Assembly (NCBI GenBank): GCA_951406725.2 | Contig: OX597817.1 | Coordinates: forward strand, 33,790,001-33,854,000 | Length of the DNA stretch: 64,000 nt | Source of the DNA: Octopus vulgaris | Lineage: Eukaryota | Reading direction: 5' to 3' | In this document: positions 27,101 to 42,211 of the stretch, in pieces | Numbering within the stretch: the first letter of the stretch is position 1 | Layout: the number at the start of each line of letters is the position of its first letter | Program-made: the position numbers and the translations under genes | The notes under the pieces: model-generated | Databases searched by the model: none | What the model saw: only the letters and a program-made list of their open reading frames with translations | Told to the model about the DNA's origin: nothing

Positions 27101-27986
27101 ACCCACTACACTCTCTGAGTGGTTGGCATTAGGAAGGGCATCCAGCTGTAGAAACTCTGCCAGATTAGATTGGAGCCTGGTGCAGCCACCTGGCTTACCA
27201 GTCCTCAGTCAAATCATCCAACCCATGCCAGCATGGAAAGCAGATGTTAAATGATGGTGATGATGATGATGATGATGATGCAGTGGTTTAAGCCTGAAAA
27301 TATACTGATTTGAAGCAATATTAATGTGAGGAACAATTTCTGGTCATTTGAAAAAAACTAATAAATTTCAGTTTTTAGGTTGAGGAAGAGGGAAGTTTTG
27401 ATGATGTTTTTTCTTTCTTAAATGCACAGAAAATGTGAAGTAAACTTTTTAAAGAAATGGAAAACATACTGCCAGGATAATAACAATATTAATTTATTTT
27501 TTAAGTGGCACACAACTGATATACTCTATACCTAACAACACTGGTTTCAAATTTTGGTACACAGCCAGCAATTTTGGGGGAGGGAGTAAGTTGATTATAT
27601 TGACCCCAGTGGTCAACTGGTACTTGCTTTACTGACCCCGAAAGGATGAATGGCAAAGTCGACCTCGGTAGAATTTGAACTTGGAACATAAAGACAGACG
27701 AAATGCCACTAAGCATTTTGCCCAATGTGCTAACTATTCTTCCAGTACTCCACCTTAACAACAACAATAATGATGATGGTTTCAAATTTTGCCACAAGGG
27801 CAGCCATTTTGAAAGAGGGGATGAGTCGATTACATTGATTCCAGTGCTCAACTGGTACTTATTTTATCGGCCCCAAAAGGATGAAAGGCAAAGTTGACCT
27901 TGGTGGAATTTGAACTCAGAATGTAAAAATAGGTAAATACTACTAAGCATTTCATCCAGCTCACCACCTTAATAATAATAATAGTA

Positions 27987-28031
<45 letters not shown>

Positions 28032-29053
28032 GTTTCAAATTTTTGCACAAGGCCAGCTATTTTAAGAGTAAGAGTAGGGGGTTAGTTGATTACAACCACC
28101 CTAGTGTTCAACTGTTTTTTATCATTATATTGAACTTCAAAGGAAGAAAGGCAAAGTTAACCTCAGAAGAATTTGTATTCAGAATGTAAAGACCCAGAAG
28201 AAATGCTGTTATGCATTTTGTCTCACAGGATAACAATTCTGCTGAATCAACACTAATAATAATAATGATGATGATGTCAAAGTTTGGCACAAGGCCAGCA
28301 ACTTAGGGAGTAGGGTTAAGTCAATAACATCAACCCCAGACTCAAATGGTACTTATTTTATCGACCCTGAAAGGATGAAAGGCAAAGTCAACCTTGGTGG
28401 AATTTGAACTCAGAACGTAAAGACGGACAAAATGCCACTAAGCGTTTTGCCCATGATGCTAACGATTCTGCCAGCTCACCACCTTATAATAATGATAATA
28501 ATAATAAAAGGCCTGGAATTTTGTGGGGAGGAGGACAGTTAATTGCACTGACCCCAGGACTTGACTGGTACTTAATTTATTAACCCTGAAAGGATGAAAG
28601 GCAAAGTTGACCTTGGCAGAATTTGAACTCAGAACATAAAGATGGATGAAATGCTGCTAAGCACTTTATTCAATGCATTAACAAATCTGCCAGCTCACCA
28701 CCATAATAATAATAATAATAATAATAACTAGCAGATGACAACATGTCTCTAAAAGAAATGGAGAAACTTTCAAAATACAAGGACCTGGAAATAGAGGTAA
28801 CTCGAATGTAGAATCTAAAAACAGAAACGATTCCTATCATAGTAGGCGTATTAGGTATGATAAAAAAATATTCAAACAAATACATAACAAAAACACCAGG
28901 AAAAAATGGCACTACTGGGCACTGCAAACATCCTACGCAAAACACTTTCAATACAGTAACCATCAGAGCGTCACAACAAATCACAGCACGTACCCAAGGC
29001 ACGCAGAACTGTGCTCAGTAGTGAAGTGAAAGCACGCAATAAAAATAAAACTA

Positions 29054-29096
<43 letters not shown>

Positions 29097-29322
29097 GTTA
29101 TTGTATGGAAAGTGTTCTGCGTAGGATGTGTGCAGTGCCTAGTAGTGCAATTTTACACATATAACATACAGAAAATTGCACTACTACGCACTGCACACAT
29201 CCTATGCAGAACACTTTCCATACAATAACCATCAGAGCATCACAACAAATCACAGCACACACCCAAGGCACACAGAGCTGTGCTCGGTAGTGGAGTGAAA
29301 GCACGCAATAAAAATAAAACTA

Positions 29323-29358
<36 letters not shown>

Positions 29359-31854
29359 TTCTCTTATAAGCACAAGGCCTGAAATTTGGGGGGAGGAAGC
29401 TAGTCAGTTACATCAACCCATTGCATGACTGTTACTCATTTTATCAACACTGAAAGGATGAAACACAAAGCCAACCTTGGTGGAATTTGAACTCAGAATA
29501 TAAAGACTGACGAAATGTCGCTAAGTATTTTATCTGGCATACCAATGAGTCTGCCTGCTTGCCACATTAACAACAACAACAACAGCCGCAACAGCGGTAG
29601 CAGTATTTCAGACGTACACTGTCATCTCTATTATAGTAGACAACAATTGTTACAATGCATCAAGGTTTCAAGAGAAAATCAGACTATTAAAGCAGTTTTA
29701 AACAATGCCTTGTGAATCATCTGGCAGCAAAAGAATTCTAACAACAAAACAACTCTGAATGAGCTGACTGAAGTACAATCACTGTACTTCAAATGGTACT
29801 TCATCTACTTCTATTATAGATGCATTTACAGACAGTGTATCTTTCTTTTCAGTCTAAATGTAATTCTCTGCATATGCATTGCACAATGCTAGCGTAAGTT
29901 AGTAGATAAAACAACAGTTTTCCTTCATGCATTCTAGGACAAGAACTAATTGTTGCTACAACTACTAATATGGTGTACTGCTGATGCGACAGCAGATACT
30001 TAGTGAAAGCATCTGTGGTCCATTTCAGTTCGTATTCGGAACCATTTGACTTAATTTACAGATAAATAAAAGAGAAGTATCACTGTCACAGTATCACTTT
30101 CTAATTCTTCATTTTAATGTTATAAACCCAATTTACATATCTGTATTACTATTACAACTATTACAATCATTCAAGTGTGGCGAAGCAGAAAAAAAATATC
30201 ACAAAACATAAGCACTTCACACAAATTGTAAACAATTTTTACTCAAGTATATTTTGGCTCTGTGAAATGTCTATCAGCTGAAGAAATAGCAACAGTCACG
30301 GAACAATGTAAAAAAATATAGAAAGGCTTCAGGATTAGATGGAACTGCAGAAGAAATGCTAAAAACAAATAACCATAGGTGTAGGAGTGGCTGTGTGGTA
30401 AGTAGCTTGCTTACGAACCACATAGTTCCAGGTTCAGTCCCACTACATGGCACCTTGGGCAAGTGTCTTCTACTATAGCCTCAGGCTGACCAAAGCCTGT
30501 GAGTGGATTTGGTAGATGGAAACTGAAAGAAGCCCGTCGCATATATGTATATATATATGTGTGTGTATATGTTTGTGTGTCTGTGTTTGTTCCCCCCAAC
30601 ATCACTTGACAACCAATGCTGGTGTGTTTACGTCCCCGTAACTTAGAGGTTCAGCAAGAGAGACCGATAGAATAAGTACTAGGCTTACAAAGAATAAGTC
30701 CTGGGTTTGATTCATTCAACTAAAGGCAATGCTCCAGCATGGCCACGGTCAAATGACTGAAACAAGGTAAAAGAGTAAAGAGTATTGGTTTCAAACTTTG
30801 ACAAAAGATCAATAATATCAAGGGAGGGGGTGAATTGATTACATCAACCCCAGTGTTGAACTAGCATTCACTTTATCAACCCTGAAAGGATGAAAAGCAA
30901 AGTCGACCTCAGCAGAATTTGAACTCAGAATGTAAAGATGGACGAAATGCTGCTAAGCCACACAGCCTTGCCTATGTCTATGTGTAGACATGATTATCAT
31001 GATCATCATTTAATGTCCCCTTTCCATGGTTTGATCGGAGTTAGTAAGGCCGATGCCACACCAAGTTCCATTGTCTGTTGTGGTATGGTTTCTATGGCCG
31101 GATGTCCTTCCTAATGCCAACCACTCTACAGAGTTTACCAGGTGCTTTTTATGTAGCACTAACACCAGTGCTTTTAATATGCCACTAGCACCAGTGCTGT
31201 TCTGCAAGGAAATTGAAGAAAATGATCCCATTACATATTGAATCAGTGGCTTTCCTCACTTTCACCATCAAAATACTGTAGTTCAAAGATGGTGACATGT
31301 AACCCAATAACAATATTGTTCATAAATTGTGATATAAAAAAAATAACAAGAAATAAACTATTACAAAACTCTGATTACATAGGTTACAATATCTGATATA
31401 GAGTACTTCAATCTTCCACAGTCAAATATCAATGCAAATATGTAATCTTGTAAGGTTAATACAATATTTATTTGTAACAACAACTAAGGGAAATTTTCAA
31501 TGGTTTTAGAGCAGCTTCTAAAATAAAAAAAAAATGAAATTATCTTGTCAGAAAAACATTACTATTAATACTGATTTATAAAGTAGACACAAAGGCTTTG
31601 ATTTATAGGAAGGAGAGAATTTCAATGTTGCTATATTCATGCCTACCTCCAAAACAGTATTACAAATTATGTGAAGCAAATAATATATAGGTGCAGGAGT
31701 GGGTGTGTGGTAAGAAGCTTCCTTCTCAACCACATGGTTCCAAGTTCAGTCCCACTGCATGGCACCTTGGACAAGTGTCTTCTACTATGGCCTTGAGGTG
31801 ATCAAAGCCTTGTGAGGGGATTTGGTAGACAGAATCTGAAAGAAGTCCATCATG

Positions 31855-31893
<39 letters not shown>

Positions 31894-34800
31894 GTGTATG
31901 TATATATATATATATATAACTATGTGTATGTCTTTATGTCTGTGGTTGTCCTTCTGTCATGGCTTGACATCCGGTGTTGGTGTGTTTATGTCCCCGTAAC
32001 TTAGCGGTTTGGCAAAAGAGGCTGACAGTATAAATACCAGGCTTAAAAAGATAATCACTGGGGTCAATTTCTTCAACTACAATCTATTTAAGGTAGTGCC
32101 CCAGTCAAATACCTGAAACAAGTAAAAGATAAAAGATATATATGTATAGAAAATATAAGGATAAAATCTATATAAGATTTTATCAAGTAACCAGTGTGTA
32201 AACCAATTAAGGAAAAAAATTAATACACAGTATCTAATTTTATTATATATAAAATACACTACAATATCATGGGCTATTACTGCATGTAAAAGCCACATGC
32301 TTTAATAGGACTCACAAGTCAAACAACTTCAATAATTATACACACACCAACATTGATGCCGGTGAGTGTGCCGGTGGTATGTGAAAAAACATTCGAGCGA
32401 GGTTGTTGCCAGTACCGCTGAACTGGCTCCTGGGCCAGTGGCACGTAAAAAAACACCATTTGAGCATGGCCGTTGCCAGTACCGCCTGACTGGCCCTTGT
32501 GCCAGTGGCATGTAAAAGCACCCGCTACACTCTCGAGTGGTTGGCGTTAGTAAGGGCATCCAGCTGTAGAAATTCTGCCAGATCAGATTAGAGCCTGGTG
32601 CAGCCATCTGATTCGCCAGACGTCAGCCAAATCGTCCAACCCTTGCTAGCATAGAAAGCGGACATTAAACTATGATGATGATGATGATGATACATAGGCA
32701 CAGGAATGGCTGTGGTAAGTAGCTTGCTTCCCAACCACATGGTTCTGGGTTCAATCCCACTGCATGGCACCTTGAACAAGTGCCTTCTACTATAGCCTTG
32801 GGCCAACAAAAGCCTTGTGAGTGAATTTGGTAGACGGAAACTGAAAAAGGTCTGTTGTGTGTGTGTGTGTATGTGTGTGTGTGTATCTGTGTTTGCCACC
32901 ACCCTCACACACACATCGCTTGACAACTGAAGCTGGTGTGCTTATGTCCCCATAACTTAGCAGTGAAGGTGCATGGCTCAGTGGTTAGAGCGTCGGGCTT
33001 ACAATCGCGAGGTTGTGAGTTTGAATCCCGGACCAGGCTGCATGTTGTGTTCTTGAGCAAGACATTTTATTTCACATTTCTCCAATTCACTCAGCTGTAG
33101 AAATGAGTTGTGACATCACAGGTACCAAGCTGTATCAGCCTTTGCCTTTCCCTTAGATAACACTGCTGGCGTGGAGAGGGGAGACCAGTATGCATGGGCG
33201 ACTGCTGGTCTTCCATAAACAATCTTGCCTGGACTTCTGCCTCGGAGGGTAACTTTCTAGGTGCAATCCCATGGTCAGTCATGACCAAAGGGGGTCTCAG
33301 CAACTTAGCAGTTCGGTAATATAGACCAATAGAATGAGTACTAGGCTTACAAAGAATATGTGCCGGGGTCGATTTGCTTGACTAAAGGTGGTGTACCAGC
33401 ATCAAAACAAGTAAAATAAAAAAAGAATATATATATATAATTCAATTTTTGTCTACCAAATCCACTCACAAAGCTTTGGTTCTCCTGCACTAAAGTAAAA
33501 AGGTGCAACACAGTGAGACTGAACCTGAACCCACCTGGTTGGGAAGGAAGCTCTCAACCACACAGCCATATCTGCATGCAAACATATACATATGTTGGGT
33601 ATGCATACTACCAAAAGTTTGTATATGACATTTAAACTAATCAAGTTACTAAATACACAAAATCATTAAATCATTATGTGATTATATGTTTACGTAAACA
33701 TCTTAATGTGAATTATGCAATTAACATAGTAATAATGTACTTAAAGGAATAACAGAACTCAAGATACAGTCAGCAGAAATAAAGTTTTTGTTTAACCCTT
33801 TAGTGTTCAGATTATTCTATCAAACATAATGCTAATTGATTCCCATTGATTTGAATTAATCATGCATTATCTCATATCTTCAAGATGTTGATGATGTAAT
33901 TACCTAATGTAGAATAACATTGTAGGGTAGGTGTGAGAGCCTGGATCTGGTCAGTTTGAACATAAAACAGATTAAATATTTTGGCCGAATATGGCCGGTT
34001 TAAATACTAAAGGATTAATTTGAAGTAAGACAGTGAGTAAATGTAAAGAGAACAGATAATTTCAAAATTTGCTAATCTCAAGGGGACTGTCAAGAAAGAT
34101 AGAGAAGTAACAGTAGATATAAAGAACAGAATATCCAAAGCCCAGAGAGCATTCTACAATGTAATAGGGTATGGAGAAGCAAAGGTATAGGCCACAAAAT
34201 GAAGCTGAAGCCATTCAAGATGTTGGCCTGGCCAGTATTACTCTCATCATCATCATCGTTTAACGTCCGTTTTCCGTGCTAGCATAAGTTGGACGGTTTG
34301 ACCGGGGTCTGGGAAGCCAGGAGGCTGCACCAGGCTCCAGTCTGATCTGGCAGTGTTTCTACAGCTGGATGCCCTCCCTAATGCCAACCACTCCGTGAGT
34401 GTAGTGGGTGCTTTTTATATGCCACCAGCACAGGTGCCAGGGGAGGCTGGCAGCAGCCATGATCGGTTGGTGCTTTTTACGTGCCACCAGCACAGAAGCC
34501 AGTCAAGGCGGCACTGGCAATGGCCACACTCCATGATAATAATAATAATGGTTCCGTATTTGGCCCAAGGTCAGCAATTGGGGAAGGTGGGGACAGTCAA
34601 CACTACTGACCCCAATACTTGACTGGTACTTTGTTCTACCGATTGAAAAAGCATGAAAGACAAAGATGACATCAGTGAGCATCATCACAATATGGATTCC
34701 TATGGATGTAAAAACTGGAGAGTGACAAAAATGGAAGAAAAAAAAACAATAGACAGCTTCCAATTCATGTGCTTAGAGAGAATACTTGACATCAATTGGC

Positions 34801-35738
34801 TACAGAGAGTCTAAAATGATGCTGTTGTGACGACAGCAGGCAGCAACAGGATCGGTGATGAAATAAGACCCAGAATCTGGAATTGGCTTGGACACATCCT
34901 CAGATAAAATCAAGGAAGTAATTACATGGCAGCACTGGAGTGGCAGCCTGAGGGGAAAAGAGCAGAAGGGCACCTTAAAACCACATGGTAAAGGACCATA
35001 GACAAGGAAAGGAGACAACAGGGGTGGCGAATTGGTATGAGACCAGAACAGTGCTAGAAAACAGGACTTGTTGGAGAGATCATGTTACAGCCTTATGTGC
35101 CTCATGGCACAGAGAGAGGTAAAGGGTATAGCCATGGGATTGCACCTAGAAAGTTAACCTCCAAGGCACAAGTCTGGGCAAGGTTGTTTATGGAAGACCA
35201 GCAGTCACCCATGTACACCAGCCTCCCCTCTCCAAGCCACTGATGTTATCCAAGGGAAAGGCAAAGGCCGATACAGCTTGGCACCTGTGACCTCGCAACT
35301 CATTTCTACAGCTGAGTGAACTGGAGCAACGTGAAATAAAGTGTCTTGCTCAAGAATACAACATACAGCCTGATCTGGGAATCGAACTCACTACCTCATG
35401 ATCGTGGGCCCAATGCTCTAACTACTGAGCCATGCACCTTCAACTAACTATTAGATAATGCTTTTAGGTTAGACATGGCTTAAGTCACTAGTTGCCAATA
35501 TCAGTCTTGCATGAGCTGGGTAACCTACAATATACCTTACAGTAACCCACTGCAAGTTCAGTTGCTTATATTCACAGCTATGATTCATGTTCTAACCAAA
35601 GCCCTTTTATCTTTGGTGTCCAATCCAACTGTGTGATATCTTGGGCAAGTGTCTTCTACTATAACCCTAGACTAATCAAAGCCTTACGGGTAGATTTGGA
35701 GGGCAGAACCTGAAAGAAACCCAACCCATCATGTCTGA

Positions 35739-35771
<33 letters not shown>

Positions 35772-38700
35772 GTTGTATGACTAATTTCATCTTTTCCTCA
35801 TCTACATGTGTGTTTTGTTTGCTAGTTTGTAAACAAGAGGTTCGTTTCAGTGTTGTTTGTTTCCAGTTCTCCACTTAAGCAATGCCTGGGTTGTTTTGTT
35901 TGTTTGTTTGCTTGCTTGCTTTTTTTTGTTCACTAGATTATTACCCCACTTGGAAACAGGTTGCAACTGGTGACATGAAGAGTGTCAGCTGTAAAAAAAT
36001 TTTGCCCCAACAAGTTTACTTCTGACACAAGCACTCATGGAAAAGTAGACAATGAAACAAAGTGCGTTCTCTGAAAGGGAAAACATGGCTTATTATATAT
36101 ATATATACAGCAGATTGAACAACTACAAAAGTATCTTCCATGATGACAACAACCACCGCACATTGATATTAATTTGAAATGTTAATATGTGAAAAGTGCT
36201 ACAATCTAGCAGTGAATTCCCAACACTACATGGCCAAACCAATATCTACTCCACCAGCTAACTTGTGAGAAATCATTATCATCATCATCATCATTTAGCG
36301 TCCGCTTTCCATGCTAGCATGGGTTGGACGGGTCAACTGGGGTCTGTGAAGCTGGAAGGCTTCGTCAGGCCCAGTCAGATCTGGCAGTGTTTCTACGGCT
36401 GGATGCCCTTCCTAACGCCAACCACTCCGCGAGTGTAGTGGGTGTTTTTACGTGCCACCTGCACAGGTGCCAGACAGAGCTGGCGAACGGCCACGAACGG
36501 ATGGTGCTTTTACGTGTCACCAGCACGGGGCCAGGCGATGCTGGCAACGGACACGAACGGATGGTGCTTTTACGTGCCACTGACACGGGGCCAGACAGAG
36601 CTGGCAAACGGCCACGAACGGACGGTGCTTTTACGTGTCACCGGCATGGGGGCCAGCCGAGGCTGGCAACGGACACGAACGGATGGTGCTTTTACGTGCC
36701 ACCGACACGGGGCTAGACCCAAATCTCCTTCAAATTATACTCTACTGTCCTAGCCCAGTGGCATTCAGATTACCATGTCAAATGTAATGCTTGTTTATTC
36801 ACATTGTTTTGAATTACTTGTGCATTACCTCATAGCTTCAAAATTTCAATGATGTTATTGCTTATTTTTAGAATGACATTGTAGAATAGGTGTGAGAGGC
36901 TGGCTGGATCTGGCCAGTTCAAGCATAGAACAGGTAGAATATTTGGGCCAGATATGACCATTTTAAGTGCTAAAGGGTTAAAAAAGAAAGAAATACGTTA
37001 GATACTATGATCTAAGATGTCCTTTCTGAAAACTGACAGGTAGGCCACCCATAAAACATCATTAATTCTGAAGGCTCTCCTTCATCAGGGTCAACAACAA
37101 GTGGATGCGCAATGGCCCAGTTGTTAGGGCAGCAGACTCGCGGTCGGAGGATCGCGGTTTCCATTCTCAGACCAGGCGTTGTGTGTGTTTATTGAGTGAA
37201 AACACCGAGGCTCTGGCAGGGGGTGGTGGTGACCCCTGTTGTACTCTTTCGCTCCAACTTTCTCTCATTCTTTCTTCCTGTTTCTTGTCCCCGACTTCCT
37301 ACGCAACCGCTGAGCCTGGATGCGCATTCATCCATCCGTCGATGCTCTTGGTGTCGGGGGTTGACCTGCTTTCTCTTCTGCGGGTCTTACGAATAGCAAA
37401 GGACTACGTTTCGGACTTCTTCCGCTACAGACAATCCTGAGGCACGATCTTGCGAGCTCTGGGACGAAGACCACTTCGCTCAACAAACAAACAAACAAAC
37501 TGCAACAACAATATGTAGTTTCAATTGCTGGTCAGAAACAGTTGTGTTTGTAAGAAAGACTACATCATAATTGTGCATGCTACTTTTAAAAACCGATGCC
37601 AGCATCTCTAAAATTAAAATCTATATACAGACTGAATTAAAGTCATCATCATCACCACCTTTTAACAACCATTTTCCATGCAGACATGGGATCGATGGTG
37701 ACAGGATCTGGCAAATTAGAGGTTTGTTTCATGCTCCAATGTCTGCTTTGATAAGGTTTCAACAGCTGGATGACCTTCCAAACACCAAACATTTTACAGA
37801 GTGTATTGGGTACCTCTTGGTGTGGTACAAGCACCAGTAAGGTCACCATGTAATTTGGAAGATTAAGATCCACTTTCATTGAGTGGAGCTACATTAACGA
37901 AAGAAGGAGGCAGCTTTATACTGGGTGATGAAAAGTTAAAGTATGAAGGAAGAGACTAGAACATGATTACTTACATTACACAAGTTTGGGTGGGGAAGTA
38001 TGAATAAATATTTACTTCATTTTGTGTTTAAAACCTAACATCTGTTTTGAAATTAATAACAATTTGATGGTAATAGTCAAACTAAGTAGTCACCAGATTT
38101 TGATATGGTAAAGTGTTTGAAATAAATTATCTACGCATACATATTACATTAAAGGATAAGGATATAGTATACATTGATGATATCCTGTAGCCCTAAGTCA
38201 GCCCTGATCATGTAGAACTATTACTAAATGCATTCTAGTCAAGGCCATCCGGTCTCCTATTTCTATGATCACATTATCTAATACATACTTTTCTACAATG
38301 GCAGGTATAATTTGAGGGGATTTGGTTACTATTTCCAGCAGGTTTAGTAACCATATAAAGGCTTCTTGTTGGTTTGGGATACATTTATTATAATAAAATG
38401 GGTGTGCTGTGTCATCAAGAGAAATGAAATAGGAATATATTCAACAAACAACCACTCTGTCTTCATCTCCATCACCATCATTATATCTTCATTTCATGTC
38501 TCGGGGAAAAGACTGTTCTTCCTGTCTTTTCTTTGTCTGTTTCAGTGTTTACAAACAAGTGAGATGGAAAGTGATAGTATAGTAACTACAGTGCAAAATA
38601 CATCGATATAGTAAGTAACAGTAGTTTAGTAATGACACTAACAGCTGTCAGCTTGCTCTAAGCGGTAGTTATCCAACCAATGAATCTAAGAGTAAAAGTA

Positions 38701-39518
38701 TTTTTGGAAAACTAACAAAATATCCCTGACAGAGAAACCAATCTGAAAATAGCAGACAACATAGATCTTAATATATATGTAGTGAAATCTGAAAGTAGGC
38801 ACACAGATTTCATGTAAATGTCAATCAGCCGTGAAAATTGATTAAATGTAGCTTGAGAGTAATGGTATCTTTTTATACTACTAATCTTTAATTAAGCTAT
38901 AACACACAGATACACAGACATATATATAAAACAACCAATTTCCCTCTTGACTATAAGTATAGAATACTTCAATTTAACCACTTCCTTCTCTTATGTGACA
39001 CTCTATTTCTATGTATATCAGTTATTTAAAACACTTTTAAATAAAATATTGATTCCGCTTCAGCCAAATTTCAAAGATATCGATTTTTGACAAAGGTACC
39101 AAGCTACAAGAATGGAAAGAAAGGAAATGAGATTGTGTGACATTCATGTTTTCTCAAAAGCAATAGCTATGTAAATGAAGTGAAAGGCAATGATCTTGGT
39201 TTGCCAAGTTCCTATGTCTTATGTTAACCCTTTTACTGCGGAAATAAGACACATCCACTCAAAGTTTCATTACCCTTAACTGTGGAAAATAGTTTTATAC
39301 ACCAGGTTGTCCCTTACTCTTTTACTTGTTTCAGTCATTTGACTGTGGCCATGCTGGAGCACAGCCATTAGTCGAGCATATCAACCCCAGGACGTATTCT
39401 TTGTAAGCCTAGTACTTATTCTATCGGTCTCTTTTGCCGAACCGCAAAGTTACGGAAATGTAAACACACCAGCATCGGTTGTCAAGCGATGTTGGGACAA
39501 CCAGACACACAAACATAT

Positions 39519-39580
<62 letters not shown>

Positions 39581-40149
39581 GACGGGCTTCTTTCAGTTTC
39601 CGTCTACCAAATCCACTTACAAGGCTTTGGTCGGCCCGAGGCTATAGTAGAAGACACTTGCCCAAGGTGCCATGCAGTGGGACTGAACCTGGAACCATGT
39701 GGTTGGTAAGCAAGCTGCTTACCACACAGCCACTTCTGTGCCTGCTGAAGAATGTTAATTATTTTTTTGATTTTTATTATTTATTATGGCCGGGTTCTCA
39801 AGTTTACAGAGGCAACAGGACTTTCTGAAAATATTAATTCTATTTTTTTAGTAGCGATTTAATATCATTGCCATAATAAGCATGACATTTAATTTTGCTG
39901 TTAAAGAGTTAAAGATCTCTCATTGAATAATATTTCTGGTTAAGCAATCTCTAAAATAAGCATACATTAACCACTTAATAAATTATACTTACCAGGAAAA
40001 TCACTAAACTACTTTGATTCAAATTAGAGTCTGATTTAGAATGCTGAGAAAGCAAGTGTATTTGCATAAAAACAATGTTTGTTGATCCAGTAAAAACATA
40101 CATATATATATATATTCCTTCTTATATACATATGTAATATATATATATG

Positions 40150-40180
<31 letters not shown>

Positions 40181-40840
40181 GCGGTCAGATAACATATCAA
40201 CAGGTCGAATAGTGATCGGCAGTGATGAAATAGAGGAGGTAAAGGAATATGTCTACCTGGGACAGGAAGTGTATATGTGCCGAGATATCGAAAAGGAGAT
40301 CTCACGGAGAATAAGGGCCAGATGGAAGTCATTTAATGGCATAAGGGATGTGCTCAAGGGAAGGTTGGACAGGACCACCAGTGCCAACTTCATCAAAAGC
40401 ACATTTCTACCTACAATGTTATATGGTAGTGAAACATGGGCTACAACAAAGAGAGAAGAACAGAGATTGGCAACGGCTCAAAGAGCCATGGAGAGGTCAA
40501 TGCTTGGAATCTTGTTGAGAGAGCACATCAGTAGCGAGGTCATCAGAGAGAAGTCCGGCGTGAGGAATGTCATCGTAGAATATACACGCAGCAAGTTTAG
40601 ATGGGCTGGACACATCGCCTGGCTCACCGATAAACGGTGGACCGGCGCAGTTGTCGAGTGGTACCCACGCGAGTGGAAACGACCACTCAGAAGGCCTCCA
40701 CAACAGTCGAGTTACAATTTCAGGAGGGTGATTGGGATCACATGGATGAGAAAGGTGCGATCCAGAGAGGAGTGGATAGCATGCTGTGACCAGTGGTGTC
40801 AAATGGATGCCAGACGAACTGGTCAGTCAAGGTGATCGAG

Positions 40841-40882
<42 letters not shown>

Positions 40883-42158
40883 CATTTGGAGTCACAACAA
40901 ATCAAGTCTGTGACATAGGTCTGATTCACAGTTGTTGCTAGCTCCATGACTCTTCTTTATTGCTACTGTTCTTAAAAAGACAAGTGTATTATGAGTGATA
41001 TATTTTTCCCTATTCAAATAAGAGAGGCTTTGTGTTTTGTGCCTCTATAAAAAAAAATCAATTTATAATGTTATAAATAATGAATTCGCTATAAACAAAC
41101 AAACCATTATTTATTTATATATACAAAGTTATATATATATATATATATATATATGTATACGTTGGTAATATTCAAGTCTGTGCCAGCAAACACACATGAT
41201 ATATATGTATATATATATATCATGTGTATGTGTGTATGTGTGTGCGTGTGCATATATATCATGTGTATGTGTGTGTGTGTGTGTATGTGTGCATTTATAT
41301 ATATAAATATATATAAATGCACACACACACACACACAACTGTTCCACAGGCTGCTTCAGAAGAAATCAATAAATTGTAGTAACAATAACGCTCTAATTGC
41401 AAATGAATTAGCAGAACATATCCACCAAACAAATTCAACACATTGTGATCCATTACAGATGAGATATAGCTGTTAATAATTAAAAAATTGCAAGAAAAAA
41501 CATATACTAACACAAACCTATTCCAATCAATAAGCAATATGAATCAAAGGAGTTTTTAACAATAGTTGTTGAGAGAATATAACAGAAATAAAGAGACATC
41601 TTTGCAAGTAGCCAATCAAGTTTCTGATGTGAGTAACATGAAAGAAGTGAAATGAGTCTTAATGAGAAATGAAACTGGATATACCACAATACATACCCAA
41701 GAGATCTACAAATCTAAGTACATTCTTTTTGTTCAATTTAGCACCCAATTTTTTTCTTCTACCTCAATTCTCATTCTTATGTTCACTTTGTACCTTGGCC
41801 TCGCATTTCTCTCTTTCTTTCTTAATGGGGAAGCCATGTATTCATCTCTTCAGCAAGACACCTGCTAGTGTCCCACTACCATTTTTTCATATCCCTTAAT
41901 ACTATAACCCTTCAGTCAAGGGGTCTTGTTTTGCAAGTACTTGCTAACCTCATCAGTGCTGATACCATGAAAAAAGTACACAGTACATTCAGTAAAGTGG
42001 TTGGTATCAGGACGGGCATCTAACTGTAAAAACCATGCCAAAGCAGACACTGGAGTTTAGCACGCCCCACTGGCTGGTCAGTTCATATCAAACAGCTTAA
42101 CCCAAGCCATTATGGAAAAGGGGACATTAAATGATGAACCGTCCATCCATCCATCCAT

Positions 42159-42211
<53 letters not shown>

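Noticed and set aside
36445-36713. Repeat-spacer-like array (cacgaacggatggtgcttttacgtg, also 3605-3783) resembling CRISPR
   Set aside because: The intervening segments are homologous to each other, the array lies inside a dispersed eukaryotic repeat, and there are no cas genes.
40161-40835. 224-aa ORF as a nested host gene
   Set aside because: It is the C-terminal part of an RTE LINE ORF, and its start codon lies in a TA microsatellite.
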